DNA of 64,000 nt from an uncultured Prevotella sp. GTDB taxonomy: Bacteria > Bacteroidota > Bacteroidia > Bacteroidales > Bacteroidaceae. Below are positions 1 to 10,569 of this stretch, in pieces (the first letter of the stretch is position 1; every line of letters begins with the position of its first letter). Made by a program: the position numbers and the translations under genes. The stretch is taken from positions 710 to 64,709 of the forward strand of contig URUK01000014.1 in the NCBI GenBank assembly GCA_900551055.1, read 5' to 3'. The notes under the pieces are model-generated. The model was given only the letters and a program-made list of their open reading frames with translations, ran no database searches and was not told the origin of the DNA.

Positions 1-989
1 GCTTGCTGATCATATATCCAAAATAATATAGGATGTATTTACAACCTATTATTACACTGTATTTATAATCCGAAATATGGTAGTAATATTTACTGGAACA
101 TTCTAAATAAAGGGTAGAGAAACATTTAATATTTTATTAATTCTTAACTAATTCGATGTGTCAGTCCGGATGTTTACTTTTCTATTTAGTCCAATTTGTT
201 TTCTGTTGTTCCATTTCTGTTTTGCCATCTTGAAAGTATGGTGAGAGCACTACAATTTATTCGATATTCTTCATCATTCCTTGTTTTATTGTAGATTATC
301 GTTATTGTAATATTGAGCTTTTACAAGTAGTTTAGTTGAAATGGGACCGACCAAAAAGTAATTTGTATTTTCTAAGAAGTTACAAATTGTAAGTTATACA
401 TATAAAAGAAGCCTTATCAAACTCCTTTTTGGGTACTATGATAAGTCTCTTAATAATAAAACTACGACTACCAAGTTACTATTTGCAAGTTCTCTTTTGT
501 AAAATTCTGACTTTTGACCCTCAAATGACTTACATACAGAGAGACTTTCGTTTGCCTTATGGTTATTATTAGGTCTTTAACATAACAACGCAATCGATGG
601 AGTTGTTCTCCACCTATTGCCTCATAAAGCATAAAAGTTTCATTTAATGTAAGCACCGTCCTTTAATGCCTTGCCTACTATTCATCCTATAGTGACGCAT
701 TCATAACCTCATCTACAACGTGTATTTCTCCCAAGATTTTCTGCATCTCAGCCACCTTACGTTTAAGTGTCAAAAGACATTCATCAATGACAGGAGCATT
801 CACAAACTTAAATTGCGAAGTATATACTTTGGCTTGCTTAGTTTTGTTTTCCTTGCGTCCTGACACAAGTTCAAGAAGTCTGACAATGCCAGTGTACCAA
901 CAAAAGCTATACTTAGGGTGAACGCTTTGGTCTATCTCAAATTTAACGTTGTCTTATGATTTAATGAAAAATCTAATGCGACAATGTAA

Positions 990-1045
990 AATACGCACTG
1001 ACCACCCCAAGCCACATTCATGGCATTAGGCAGTCAGCGCGTATT
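990..1045 (-). terminator. Long hairpin followed by a U-tract downstream of the AKR gene; terminator or structured RNA
   Basis: Minus strand AATACGCGCTGAC...GTCAGTGCGTATT followed by TT, with inner stem GCCA/TGGC. Mismatches are G-U compatible on the minus strand. Confidence 0.5.
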
Positions 1046-1117
1046 GTAAATCCATCAATCAATACAGATAGCTGAACGACTACGAGTGCATTTCCTTAGC
1101 TCTTCCTCATAATAATA

Positions 1118-1957
1118 TTACCTCCATCCCATAAACATACGTGCAGTTTCCGCATCGTGATGGTTGAAAAAAAGACTTTTGCCCGTGTCGAGCGTGGCGA
1201 TAGTCCTCATATCCCCATCCGAAAGTGAAAAATCGAAAATGTCAATGTTCTGCCGCATACGCTCTACGTGAGTAGATTTGGGAATGATGATGACACCGCG
1301 CTGAATGAGCCAACGCAAGGCGACCTGTGCCACCGATTTGCCGTACTTATGTCCTATATCGGCCAGTATCGGGTTCGTAAAGAAACCGTTGCGCCCCTCC
1401 GCGAAAGGCCCCCATGACATGATGCGCGTACCGAACTCCTCCATAATCCGCTGCGCTTCGACCTGTTGGTTGAAGACATGGGTCTCGACCTGATTTACAG
1501 CCGGGACGATTTCCATATTGCTGGCAATGTCGATGAAGTGATCCGGGTAGAAATTGCTTACGCCGATAGCATGGAGTTTGCCTTCCTTGTAGGCATCCTC
1601 CAAGGCCCTATATGCACCGTAACGATCGCAGAAAGGCTGATGCAGTAGCATCAGGTCAATGTAATCCGTCTGAAGTCGGCGAAGACTTTCGTCGATTGAC
1701 GCTTTAGCCTTTTCATACCCATAGTTGGAAATCCAGATTTTCGACACGAGGAAAATCTCCTTGCGGTCGATACCGCTTTTGCGCACAGCATTGCCTACAC
1801 CTTCTTCGTTGTGATAGGCTTGTGCCGTATCAATCATGCGATAGCCCACGCTGAGGGCATCACTTACACAACGCTCGCACTCGGCGGGCGAGACCTGATA
1901 GACACCGTAGCCCATCTGGGGCATTTCGATGCCGTTGTTTAATTTTACCGTATTCAT
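1118..1957 (-). CDS. Aldo/keto reductase (2,5-DKG reductase-like)
   Basis: LNNGIEMP.MGYG, IDTAQAY.NE, DYIDLMLLHQP, IGVSNF, IPKS. ATG at 1957 chosen because it overlaps the upstream stop. Confidence 0.93.
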   Translation of the reverse strand: MNTVKLNNGIEMPQMGYGVYQVSPAECERCVSDALSVGYRMIDTAQAYHNEEGVGNAVRKSGIDRKEIFLVSKIWISNYGYEKAKASIDESLRRLQTDYIDLMLLHQPFCDRYGAYRALEDAYKEGKLHAIGVSNFYPDHFIDIASNMEIVPAVNQVETHVFNQQVEAQRIMEEFGTRIMSWGPFAEGRNGFFTNPILADIGHKYGKSVAQVALRWLIQRGVIIIPKSTHVERMRQNIDIFDFSLSDGDMRTIATLDTGKSLFFNHHDAETARMFMGWR

Positions 1958-2514
1958 TGTTTGATCCATTTTTTGATTTCTTCTGATTTGGCAGGCAACC
2001 GAAGGCCTTTTCTGATTTTCAAAGAAGGGTAACCTTTTTTCAGGGTAGCATCGGCTTCCGACATCGGGCTTTCGTAAGATGTACAGAATGGGAAAATCAC
2101 CTTGTCCTTCAATTGTTCGCCATAATTGTCAAGGAAAGTGCGTATCACTGCCGGTTCTTCATGCCACCAGATGGGGAAACCGACAAATAACGTATCAACC
2201 TTTGTAAAATCGATGTCAATCGGTTTAATTGCCGGGCGGAGCGACCGATTGAGGTGTTCCTGTGTACAACGGGACTGCTTGTTTACCCAATTGACATCTT
2301 CCGACGAATAAGGCTGTTCCGGAAGGAGCCTTATCATTTTGGCTCCTGTTACTTCTGCAACCTGCTTGGCCGCCAGCTCTGTATTGCCGGAATGTGTAAA
2401 ATATACGATTACTGTTTTCATGTCATTACCATTTTTCGTTTGAGCATGCGCTGTAGTAGTGCATGACACTGTTATAACCGGTGCCATCGCAAGAATAATT
2501 TTAAGAATGTTCAT
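1954..2514 (-). CDS. Flavodoxin (Flavodoxin_4 type) with N-terminal signal peptide
   Basis: IVYFTHSGNT, VGFPIWW, PFCT motifs; hydrophobic N-terminus ending AHA-Q. Confidence 0.88.
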   Translation of the reverse strand: MNILKIILAMAPVITVSCTTTAHAQTKNGNDMKTVIVYFTHSGNTELAAKQVAEVTGAKMIRLLPEQPYSSEDVNWVNKQSRCTQEHLNRSLRPAIKPIDIDFTKVDTLFVGFPIWWHEEPAVIRTFLDNYGEQLKDKVIFPFCTSYESPMSEADATLKKGYPSLKIRKGLRLPAKSEEIKKWIKQ

Positions 2515-2524
2515 AATTACCCGA

Positions 2525-3154
2525 CTATTTGATTAGACCTATTTCTTTGAGCCATGATGAGATGTTCTGCTCATTGATTCTTCCGCTTGTCAGCCCCTCC
2601 CCGGCCAGATGTCCGGCATCCGGAGTGAGTTCGACGATACGTGCCAGCGTCTCGTCACGATAAGTGGAAGCATACGTGCAGAACGGCACGACGGTCTTCC
2701 CGTTGAAATCGTAACTTTCAGTAAAAGTACATATAATCATCGGCGTGGTCCACCACCATACAGGGCAACCGATGAATACCGTATCATAGTTATCCCAGTT
2801 TTCCACTTCTTGGGCTATGGCAGGTCTGGCATCGCTGTTCTTTTCTTCCAGCGCCACTTCGGTACATTCAGTGTAATTAGTAGGGTAAGGCACCTCCGGT
2901 TCAATTCGGAACAGATCGGCTCCTGTCTGACGGACAATCTCCTGAGCCATACGCTGTGTCGTGCCGCCCCAGCTGAAATAGGCAACCAGTATCTTGGCCT
3001 CCCCGCTTGGAGAATCCGGGTCCTCTCCGGGCTCTTCCGGATTCTCTGGGTTTTCTATCCCCGGTGTTCCGGGCTCATTGCTTTCATCGGGAGAACAAGC
3101 CCCGAATGCTATGACGGCCACGGCCATCATCAGATAAAACATACATTTTCTCAT
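2525..3154 (-). CDS. Flavodoxin, predicted lipoprotein
   Basis: FGAC lipobox, acidic Pro-rich linker, LVAYFSWGGTT, IGCPVWW, PFCT. Confidence 0.88.
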   Translation of the reverse strand: MRKCMFYLMMAVAVIAFGACSPDESNEPGTPGIENPENPEEPGEDPDSPSGEAKILVAYFSWGGTTQRMAQEIVRQTGADLFRIEPEVPYPTNYTECTEVALEEKNSDARPAIAQEVENWDNYDTVFIGCPVWWWTTPMIICTFTESYDFNGKTVVPFCTYASTYRDETLARIVELTPDAGHLAGEGLTSGRINEQNISSWLKEIGLIK

Positions 3155-3200
3155 TTCCTGTTATTTTATAGTTGTTGAATATCCCGGCTTGATTCAAGCG

Positions 3201-3380
3201 CAAAGTTAGAGGCCACTGCCAGAACTCGAGGAACAAAAAACACGGTTTGGTTTACCATTTTTTCGGAAATTGACATTACTCCTCAATTGCCTAATTATGA
3301 AATGGATGCAAAAACCGAAATAAGTGCAGTTCCAACCGAAATTCTTATAAAGTCAACCCAAGAGGATCTCTCTACCTTTG
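3201..3380. promoter_or_regulatory. Divergent Bacteroidetes promoters with 21-bp-spaced CCG half-sites (AraC-type operators)
   Basis: TAACTTTG on minus strand (3208-3201) and TACCTTTG (3373-3380). AACCGAAAT occurs at 3313 and 3334; CCG on minus strand at 3266 and 3245. Confidence 0.65.
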
Positions 3381-3431
3381 CAATGTCTGATAAAGACAGC
3401 ATATTAAATTAACAATCATAGACAGATAAAA

Positions 3432-4385
3432 ATGAGAAAGAGAATCATGACACTACTTATGGTGCTTGCTTCGATGATGGTCAGCACCACTTATGCGCAG
3501 GAGATCTACAAAACTGTCGCCGATGTACCGATGGTACAATTGAACAACGGAATCCTGATGCCTCAATTCGGACTTGGAACATTTCTCCAGCCCTCCGATT
3601 CGGTATGCGAACAATCGTGTCTCACGGCCTTGAAAGCCGGTTACCGTCATATTGATACGGCGCATGCATACAATGACGAGGCTGGTGTGGGACGTGCAGT
3701 CAAGAAGAGTGGAATTCCTCGTGAGGAAATTTGGATCACCAGCAAACTCTGGCCAACCGAATACGGCGAAGGCAGGACCATGGAGGCTATTGATAAGATG
3801 TTGGAACGCATGCAGCTGGATTATATAGACCTGCTCTATGTACATCAGCCTGTCGGCGATTTCGTGGGTGCATGGCGGGATATGGAGAAAGCCGTTGCAA
3901 TGGGCAAGGTACGTGCGTTAGGAATCAGCAATTTCGACGCGAGCGACGAGGTGTTCAACAAGATCATGAGCGAATCGCGCGTGAAGCCGGCTGTGCTTCA
4001 GATCGAATGCCACCCTTATGCACAGCGACTGGCCATGCGCGAAAAGGTCAAGCCTTACGGTATTCAGGTTGAATGCTGGTTTCCGCTGGGCGGGGCAATG
4101 AGCAACGGGGCACTGCTCCGGGATCCGGTCATCTGCTCAATTGCCGAAGCGCACGGCAAAACACCTGCACAAATCATTCTCCGCTGGCATATCCAGGAGG
4201 GATTTTCCGTTATTCCGGGAGCGTCGAATCCCGATTACATCCGGGAAAATATCCGGATTTTCGACTTCGAACTGACGGACGAGGAGATGGCCCGAATCCG
4301 TTCACTCAACCAAGAAAAGCGTTTCTTCAACATGTCACTTGAAGAGAAGGAACGTGTATATCTCAACACCCCAATGAAAGATTAA
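3432..4385 (+). CDS. Aldo/keto reductase with apparent Sec signal peptide
   Basis: GYRHIDTAHAY, DYIDLLYVHQP, LGISNF; N-terminus MRKRIMTLLMVLASMMVSTTYA-Q. Confidence 0.9.
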   Translation: MRKRIMTLLMVLASMMVSTTYAQEIYKTVADVPMVQLNNGILMPQFGLGTFLQPSDSVCEQSCLTALKAGYRHIDTAHAYNDEAGVGRAVKKSGIPREEIWITSKLWPTEYGEGRTMEAIDKMLERMQLDYIDLLYVHQPVGDFVGAWRDMEKAVAMGKVRALGISNFDASDEVFNKIMSESRVKPAVLQIECHPYAQRLAMREKVKPYGIQVECWFPLGGAMSNGALLRDPVICSIAEAHGKTPAQIILRWHIQEGFSVIPGASNPDYIRENIRIFDFELTDEEMARIRSLNQEKRFFNMSLEEKERVYLNTPMKD

Positions 4386-4395
4386 ATAAAACGAT

Positions 4396-5406
4396 ATGAT
4401 GAACTACAAAGTATTGGGTCTAAGCGGGCTCCGCGTTTCCCCGGTAGGTTTGGGCTGCATGGGCATGAGCCATGCTTATGGAGCTCCCGCAGACAGACGG
4501 CAGATGACGGGACTTCTGGCCGATGCCGTTGACATGGGATATACATTTTTCGATACGGCAGAGGTCTATGGAACCCCCGACCGTCCGCATGATAACGAAG
4601 AACTGTTGGGCGAGGCATTGAGACACTTTCGGGACCGGGTGGTCATCGCCACGAAATTCGGACTGACCTTCGACTCACCGGAAGCCGCGGGCCCCCATGC
4701 CATCATAACGGACTCGCATCCAACTGCAATCCGCCGGGCTGTAGAAGGCTCGCTCCGCCGCCTGCACACAGACTATATCGACCTCTACTACCAGCACCGC
4801 ATTGATCCGGATGTCGAGCCTGAGACGGTGGCCGACGTTATGTCTGACCTGATCCGTGAAGGGAAGATCCTTCACTGGGGAATTTCTGAAGCCACGGAGG
4901 AGTACCTGCGCCGTGCCCACAGGGTCTGTCCGGTTACGGCCGTACAGAACCGTTATTCGATGATGGCCCGGTGGCACGAGTCCCTGTTTCCGACGCTTGA
5001 GGAGCTGGGTGTTGGTTTCGTGGCTTTCTCCCCGCTGGCCAACGGCTTGCTGACCGATTGTTATACGGCGGATACGACATTCGACCCAGCAACCGATTAC
5101 AGGGCATCGATGCCTCAGTTCCGCAGGGAGAGTTTCGATCAGAACCGTCCGCTCCTTGCACTTGTCGGAGACCTGGCGGAAGAGCATCATGCAACCCCGT
5201 CGCAAATCGCACTGGCGTGGATGATGAACAAAAGACCGTGGATCGTCCCTATTCCGGGGACACGGCATCTGTGCCGACTGAAAGAGAACATCGGGGCGGC
5301 CGATATCCGACTGTCTGCAGGGCAGGTACAGGCTATTGATGATGCCCTTGCGACGATACCGATGAGCGAAGTATTCGGAGGTTCACCCTTAAAGAAAAAG
5401 ATATGA
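4396..5406 (+). CDS. Aldo/keto reductase
   Basis: GLGCMGMS, FFDTAEVYG, IATKFG, DYIDLYYQHR, PIPGT. Confidence 0.93.
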   Translation: MMNYKVLGLSGLRVSPVGLGCMGMSHAYGAPADRRQMTGLLADAVDMGYTFFDTAEVYGTPDRPHDNEELLGEALRHFRDRVVIATKFGLTFDSPEAAGPHAIITDSHPTAIRRAVEGSLRRLHTDYIDLYYQHRIDPDVEPETVADVMSDLIREGKILHWGISEATEEYLRRAHRVCPVTAVQNRYSMMARWHESLFPTLEELGVGFVAFSPLANGLLTDCYTADTTFDPATDYRASMPQFRRESFDQNRPLLALVGDLAEEHHATPSQIALAWMMNKRPWIVPIPGTRHLCRLKENIGAADIRLSAGQVQAIDDALATIPMSEVFGGSPLKKKI

Positions 5407-6122
5407 AACCGAGAATAATATGCCATATCATGAGCTCCGTCGACGGACGGCTGCTCAACGACCGATGGACACCGCCATTCGACGGTACACCGGCCTCGAA
5501 ACCATTGGAGGTTTATGCAGCCCTTGGCCGTGAGCTGAACACGGACGCGTGGATGTTCGGTAAAAATACACTCCGTGCCGTGTTCCCTTATAAATGGGGC
5601 GTGAACGGACGTACCGTGCAGCCGGACTCTCCTTCCGTATTTGTCGGCGAACGACGCTCGCAGCGGATGTTCATCATCGCCGATCCGGAGGCCGACATCT
5701 ACTTTACCTCCCCAGTCATCAGGGGCGACAACATCCTTGTCATCCTGGGATGGAATGCGACAGAGGAATACCTTGCCCACCTGCGTGAAAGGCAGATATC
5801 CTATGTCCTTGTCAGCGATGCGACCGATCTTCGTGCCGGATTTGAAGCTGTCGGACGTGAGTTCGGAATCCGCTCCGTCTCGGTACAGGGAGGCGGAATT
5901 CTTAACGGAGCGTTGCTGGCTGAAGGTCTGATCGACGAATTGAGTCTTGTAGTCTATCCCGGTATCGACGGGCTTTCCGGAGTTCCCTCCATCTTCGAGT
6001 ATACAGGCGGGATAACCGAATATCCAGCACAAGGACAACGTCTGCAACTGCTCTCCGCTTCGCAGCGTGAATATGGAGTCATGTGGATCCGATACAAATT
6101 TCATAAAGACTATCGCAAATGA
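5403..6122 (+). CDS. RibD C-terminal / dihydrofolate reductase-fold protein
   Basis: CHIMSSVDGR, VQGGGILNGALL.EGLIDELSL. Confidence 0.88.
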   Translation: MKPRIICHIMSSVDGRLLNDRWTPPFDGTPASKPLEVYAALGRELNTDAWMFGKNTLRAVFPYKWGVNGRTVQPDSPSVFVGERRSQRMFIIADPEADIYFTSPVIRGDNILVILGWNATEEYLAHLRERQISYVLVSDATDLRAGFEAVGREFGIRSVSVQGGGILNGALLAEGLIDELSLVVYPGIDGLSGVPSIFEYTGGITEYPAQGQRLQLLSASQREYGVMWIRYKFHKDYRK

Positions 6123-8044
6123 AAAAGATAATGATGAAATTACTGCTTTGTTGCCTGTGTATGCCCTCCTGTTCTGACATCGAAGGCGACCGGCCCGCTT
6201 TCCCGCCGAATCAGGATAGTACTGAAAAGCCAGACACGTCCCAGGACTATACAGATCTGATAAGCAAGACAGCCTCTGTCCCTGTTATTTACGGACAGGA
6301 GGCTGAACACCGTGGTGAAGTGGTGCGTATCGACTATAGCACGCGCGATTATGCCGAAGGGACAGGAAAGACACGTACCAATACGGCTTATGTCTATCTG
6401 CCTTACGGGTATGGAGAAAATATCAATCAACGTTACAATGTGCTGTATTTTGTCCATGGACACTACGCTACGGCAGCTACAACATTCGAAGCCGAAGACG
6501 GACTGGTGCGGAAACTGCTCGACCACATGACAGGAAACGGGGATATGGCCCCGACCATCGTCGTTTCACCGAGTTACAACTACGGAGAGCCGACACCGGA
6601 CTACGTGGATGCCGACCCGTATTGCGAAGCACTGCCGCAGGAACTCGTAAACGACCTTATCCCTCTTGTCGAGAGCCGTTACCGGACATACGCCGAAAGT
6701 ACGGATGCCGCAGGATTGGAAGCCTCACGTGAGCATCGGGCCATCGGCGGTTTCTCGATGGGCGCCGTAACGACGTGGTATGCTCTTGAACACACGCTCG
6801 CTTATTTCAAATACTTTATGCCTGTCAGCGCCGACTGCTGGTCGTTGGGTGCGTTTGCCGGAATGAACCGTCCGATGGAAACCGCGGAATATCTTGCCGA
6901 CATCGTCCGCCAATCCCCATACGCAGATACAGGTTTCTACATTTGGGCTGCAAGCGGCACGGAAGATTCCGCCTACAGAGAGACATTGGTACAAATTGAG
7001 GCTATGTCACAACTCACGGACGTCTTCAGGCTTTCCAACCTTACCTTTCACGAAAAGGACGGCGCCCGGCATGAGTTCCGGCCAGTGGCGGAATATCTCT
7101 ATAATGCGCTGCCTTTTTTCTTCCCTAACGGACAAAACGGAAATATGGATACTTACGGGCATTTGACTGTTTCGAATACAGTGAAGGATGTTGTGGAACA
7201 TGAAGCTTTCAACGGATTCGGGCAGTTCATTCTGCCTGCCGAGCGGATTTATGATGACGGAATGCGGCTTGCCGACGTGGCACGTCTGTTGCCCTATCAT
7301 AACTACGTGACGGGTGAAGAGGCCGTGGAGACCATCAACACGATGATCGACCATGTGCATGCGGGCAACAGACTCTTCTACGACATCTACTCCGATTCCG
7401 ACAAGCAGGCGGATCCGCGCAAGAACAATACGGGACTGTTCTTTTTCCGGGGAGAGCCGGGCCGTCCGTTTGCCATTGTCTGCCCCGGAGGTGGCTTTTC
7501 CTATGTCGGGGCCATCCATGAGGGATTCCCGCTGGCCATCGCATTGAGTAAAATGGGTTACAACGCTTTCTCGATCCAATACCGTACAGGTGGTGCCCAG
7601 GTAGCCTGCGAAGATCTTGCACAGGCCATTGACTTCATCATTCGTCATGCTGACGAGTTGCAGGTGGCGACCGGGGACTATTCACTCTGGGGCGGCTCGG
7701 CAGGGGCGCGTATGGCAGCCTACCTCGGCTCATACGGCACACAGGGATTCATCGGAATTGAGCATGCCCGACCGGCAGCTGTCATCATGGGCTATACCAG
7801 CCACAGCGACTATACCGCTGACGATCCGCCGACATACGCCCTAATCGGGGACAACGATGCCATTGCCAGCGCTTCCGTCATGCAGCAGCGCGTGAATAAT
7901 CTTCAGGCGCTCGGCATCGATGCCGAGTTCCACCTGTACCCCAACCTGCGTCATGGTTTCGGGTTGGGAACCGGTACAAGTGCCGAAGGTTGGGAAAAAG
8001 AGGCCGTCAGGTTTTGGGAGAGACACATCTCCCGCAAAAATTGA
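6119..8044 (+). CDS. Lipoprotein with two alpha/beta-hydrolase domains (esterase plus BD-FAE-like)
   Basis: VYLPYGY...GGFSMG in domain 1; CPGGGF...GGSAG...HGFG in domain 2; PSC lipobox-like site. Confidence 0.82.
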   Translation: MKKIMMKLLLCCLCMPSCSDIEGDRPAFPPNQDSTEKPDTSQDYTDLISKTASVPVIYGQEAEHRGEVVRIDYSTRDYAEGTGKTRTNTAYVYLPYGYGENINQRYNVLYFVHGHYATAATTFEAEDGLVRKLLDHMTGNGDMAPTIVVSPSYNYGEPTPDYVDADPYCEALPQELVNDLIPLVESRYRTYAESTDAAGLEASREHRAIGGFSMGAVTTWYALEHTLAYFKYFMPVSADCWSLGAFAGMNRPMETAEYLADIVRQSPYADTGFYIWAASGTEDSAYRETLVQIEAMSQLTDVFRLSNLTFHEKDGARHEFRPVAEYLYNALPFFFPNGQNGNMDTYGHLTVSNTVKDVVEHEAFNGFGQFILPAERIYDDGMRLADVARLLPYHNYVTGEEAVETINTMIDHVHAGNRLFYDIYSDSDKQADPRKNNTGLFFFRGEPGRPFAIVCPGGGFSYVGAIHEGFPLAIALSKMGYNAFSIQYRTGGAQVACEDLAQAIDFIIRHADELQVATGDYSLWGGSAGARMAAYLGSYGTQGFIGIEHARPAAVIMGYTSHSDYTADDPPTYALIGDNDAIASASVMQQRVNNLQALGIDAEFHLYPNLRHGFGLGTGTSAEGWEKEAVRFWERHISRKN

Positions 8045-8097
8045 ATTTCTTACCGACAATAGTGTAAAATGGGTAGTTGGCATCCATACTACCTTTG
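8032..8097 (+). promoter_or_regulatory. Promoter with AraC-type CCG half-sites
   Basis: CCG at 8032 and 8053; TACCTTTG at 8090-8097. Confidence 0.55.
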
Positions 8098-8130
8098 CAA
8101 TGTCATTCAAGAAACAATAAATATTTAAAG

Positions 8131-9234
8131 ATGAACAAGATAGTAACAACCGTATTGTGTGCAGCGATGGCCGTATGCAATACAATTAACGCACAGGAGA
8201 TCATGAAAGAGAACAAACCATTCGCAGAGACCGATATGTCGGCTTTCAGAAGCCATAACGGCAATCCGTGGGGGCTGGTTTATGCCGGCGCCATTACGGA
8301 AAACAAAGCAGGAGCAGTAAACATCCATCCCATAACTTACGAATTGAACGGACTGAAAATCGTTGCCAATGTCTATACACCGGCGGATTACGACGGAACG
8401 AAAAAATTTCCCGCTCTTGTCGTGGCGCACCCCAACGGTGGCGTAAAGGAACAGGTTGCCGGTCTTTACAGCCAACGCATGGCCGAACAGGGTTATATCT
8501 GTCTGGCTTTTGATGCTGCCTATCAGGGTGCCAGTGAAGGTGAGCCGCGCAATACGGACAAACCTGCCAACCGTATCGAAGACATTCGCCGGGCGGCCGA
8601 CATCCTGTTGCAATATCCTGGTGTAGATCCGCAGCGTGTGGGTATCCTTGGTATCTGCGGAGGTGGCGGATATACGCTGAAAACTGCCCAGACCGACAAG
8701 CGCTTCAAGGCTGTGGCTACGCTCAGCATGTTCAATTCGGGACTGGTACGCCGCAACGGATTCCTTGATTCTCAAATCGGCCAGGTGCAGGAACGTCTTG
8801 CCGATGCCTGTGTCGCCCGTCAGAAAGAGGCCGAAGGCGGTGAGATCGAATACGTGGGAGACATGAGCGGAATGACACCGGACGAGGCTGCAGAACTTCC
8901 GTTCGACCTTTACCGTGACGGTTATGAATATTATCTCCAGAGCCATGTGCATCCCAACTCGACATTCCGCTACACGAAGAGCAGTCTTGTGGACCTGATG
9001 GCATTCGATGCCAGCGAAGGAATGTATCTTATCAACCAGCCGCTCCTGATGATTGCCGGAAGTATTGCCGACACGTTCTACATGACCGAGCAGTGCTACA
9101 GCAAGGCGACAGGAACACAGAACAAGGAGCTGTTCCTGATTCCCGGTGCGACACATATCAGGACCTACTATGTACCGGAGTATGTGGACATGGCGGTGGA
9201 AAAACTGACGGAGTTTTTCGGCAATTACCTTTAA
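8131..9234 (+). CDS. Alpha/beta hydrolase (dienelactone hydrolase/YcjY-like), exported
   Basis: [40 protein letters not shown]; signal peptide. Confidence 0.87.
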   Translation: MNKIVTTVLCAAMAVCNTINAQEIMKENKPFAETDMSAFRSHNGNPWGLVYAGAITENKAGAVNIHPITYELNGLKIVANVYTPADYDGTKKFPALVVAHPNGGVKEQVAGLYSQRMAEQGYICLAFDAAYQGASEGEPRNTDKPANRIEDIRRAADILLQYPGVDPQRVGILGICGGGGYTLKTAQTDKRFKAVATLSMFNSGLVRRNGFLDSQIGQVQERLADACVARQKEAEGGEIEYVGDMSGMTPDEAAELPFDLYRDGYEYYLQSHVHPNSTFRYTKSSLVDLMAFDASEGMYLINQPLLMIAGSIADTFYMTEQCYSKATGTQNKELFLIPGATHIRTYYVPEYVDMAVEKLTEFFGNYL

Positions 9235-9340
9235 TCTGCCCGTGGCGCCCATGCCAATCGCAGCGACAATTCCACAGATTGGACTGTCAAGCGATGCCGG
9301 TATGAGCATGAAGCGATAACTTCGGTAACAAGATTTGATT

Positions 9341-10558
9341 ATGAAGAAAAAAATATTTCCTTACATTGCATTGACGCTGATTGCCGTTACGACAGCGACG
9401 GGATGTGACGGGCACTCGGAAAATCCGATGCCCGACAATGCGATCCGTGTCACAACAGCTGAAGTTACGGCGATAACCTCAGAAAACGCCATCTCCGGAG
9501 GACAAGTTTCCGGAGAGGTGCAAACAGTAAGCGAGTTCGGTATCTGTTGGGCGACAACAGACAATCCGACCATTTCCGGCAGCCACAATGTCGGGGCAGG
9601 CGAAGCAAGTTCGTTCGCCTGTTATGTCACTGGACTTTCTGCAAATACGACCTACTATGTCCGGGCGTACGCCACAACTCCCGAAGGTACGCTTTACGGC
9701 CAGTCCCGTCGGTTTATGACACTTGCCGGTTCGGACGATGACATGCCTCCTGTCGGCGGGGATGATGGTCAGGACCCGTTGGCCGCTACCATTTATCTGT
9801 GGCCGGAAGACAATATGGCAAAGATCACGGACTACACAGGCAGTCAAGGGGCTTACCAGGACCCGCCATCGTTCCGTCCATATATGAATTATTTCCCGGT
9901 AGATGAGGGTATGACGATAAAAGGTGCCGTACTCGTATGCGCGGGCGGTGCTTTCCAGTTCCGAAGCGACCGGATGGAAGGTACTCCGGTGGCCCAATGG
10001 TTTGCCCGTCATGGTTATCAGGCTTTTGTAGTAAACTACCGTGTACGTCCATACACGATGGAAGAAGGCAGCCTCGATCTTGCCCGTGCCGTCCGTTTTG
10101 TCCGTCAGCACGCCGCAGACTATGGAATAGATCCTGATGACATTGCTTCCGTGGGTTTTTCTGCCGGAGGTATTCTCTGCGGTGATGAGGCCCTCCACTT
10201 CGATGGTCTGGTAAACGGTACCGCCCTCGCTTCCGACTATCGCCCGGATGCGCTTGACGGGGTATCCGCCGATGTCTGTACCATCGGGATGATTTACGCT
10301 TTCTATGGAAGGTTGAGTGTCGCTTCGACCGATGTGGAGGAATTCCGCGCGTCTAAGATTCCGCCCACATTCTTTGCCTACGGTACGAGAGACCCGTTCT
10401 ATCGCCAGTTCCAGGCGTGTGCTGATGCTGTGCGTGAAGCGGGTGTGGAGGTGGAAGAACACGAATATGAAGGTATGCCGCACGGTTTCGGATATACCCA
10501 TGAGGAATGGATGGTCAGCTTTGACAGCTGGATGAGCAGAATAATGGCCAATAATTAA
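9341..10558 (+). CDS. Lipoprotein, FN3-like domain fused to alpha/beta hydrolase
   Basis: TGC lipobox; GL.ANTTYYVRAYA (FN3-like); CAGGAF, GFSAGG, HGFG. Confidence 0.82.
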   Translation: MKKKIFPYIALTLIAVTTATGCDGHSENPMPDNAIRVTTAEVTAITSENAISGGQVSGEVQTVSEFGICWATTDNPTISGSHNVGAGEASSFACYVTGLSANTTYYVRAYATTPEGTLYGQSRRFMTLAGSDDDMPPVGGDDGQDPLAATIYLWPEDNMAKITDYTGSQGAYQDPPSFRPYMNYFPVDEGMTIKGAVLVCAGGAFQFRSDRMEGTPVAQWFARHGYQAFVVNYRVRPYTMEEGSLDLARAVRFVRQHAADYGIDPDDIASVGFSAGGILCGDEALHFDGLVNGTALASDYRPDALDGVSADVCTIGMIYAFYGRLSVASTDVEEFRASKIPPTFFAYGTRDPFYRQFQACADAVREAGVEVEEHEYEGMPHGFGYTHEEWMVSFDSWMSRIMANN

Positions 10559-10569
10559 AAAGAATAGAT

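Noticed and set aside
1..660. Coding gene in the AT-rich left edge (468-656 ORF)
   Set aside because: Short, non-ATG start, no recognisable motif; cannot be supported.
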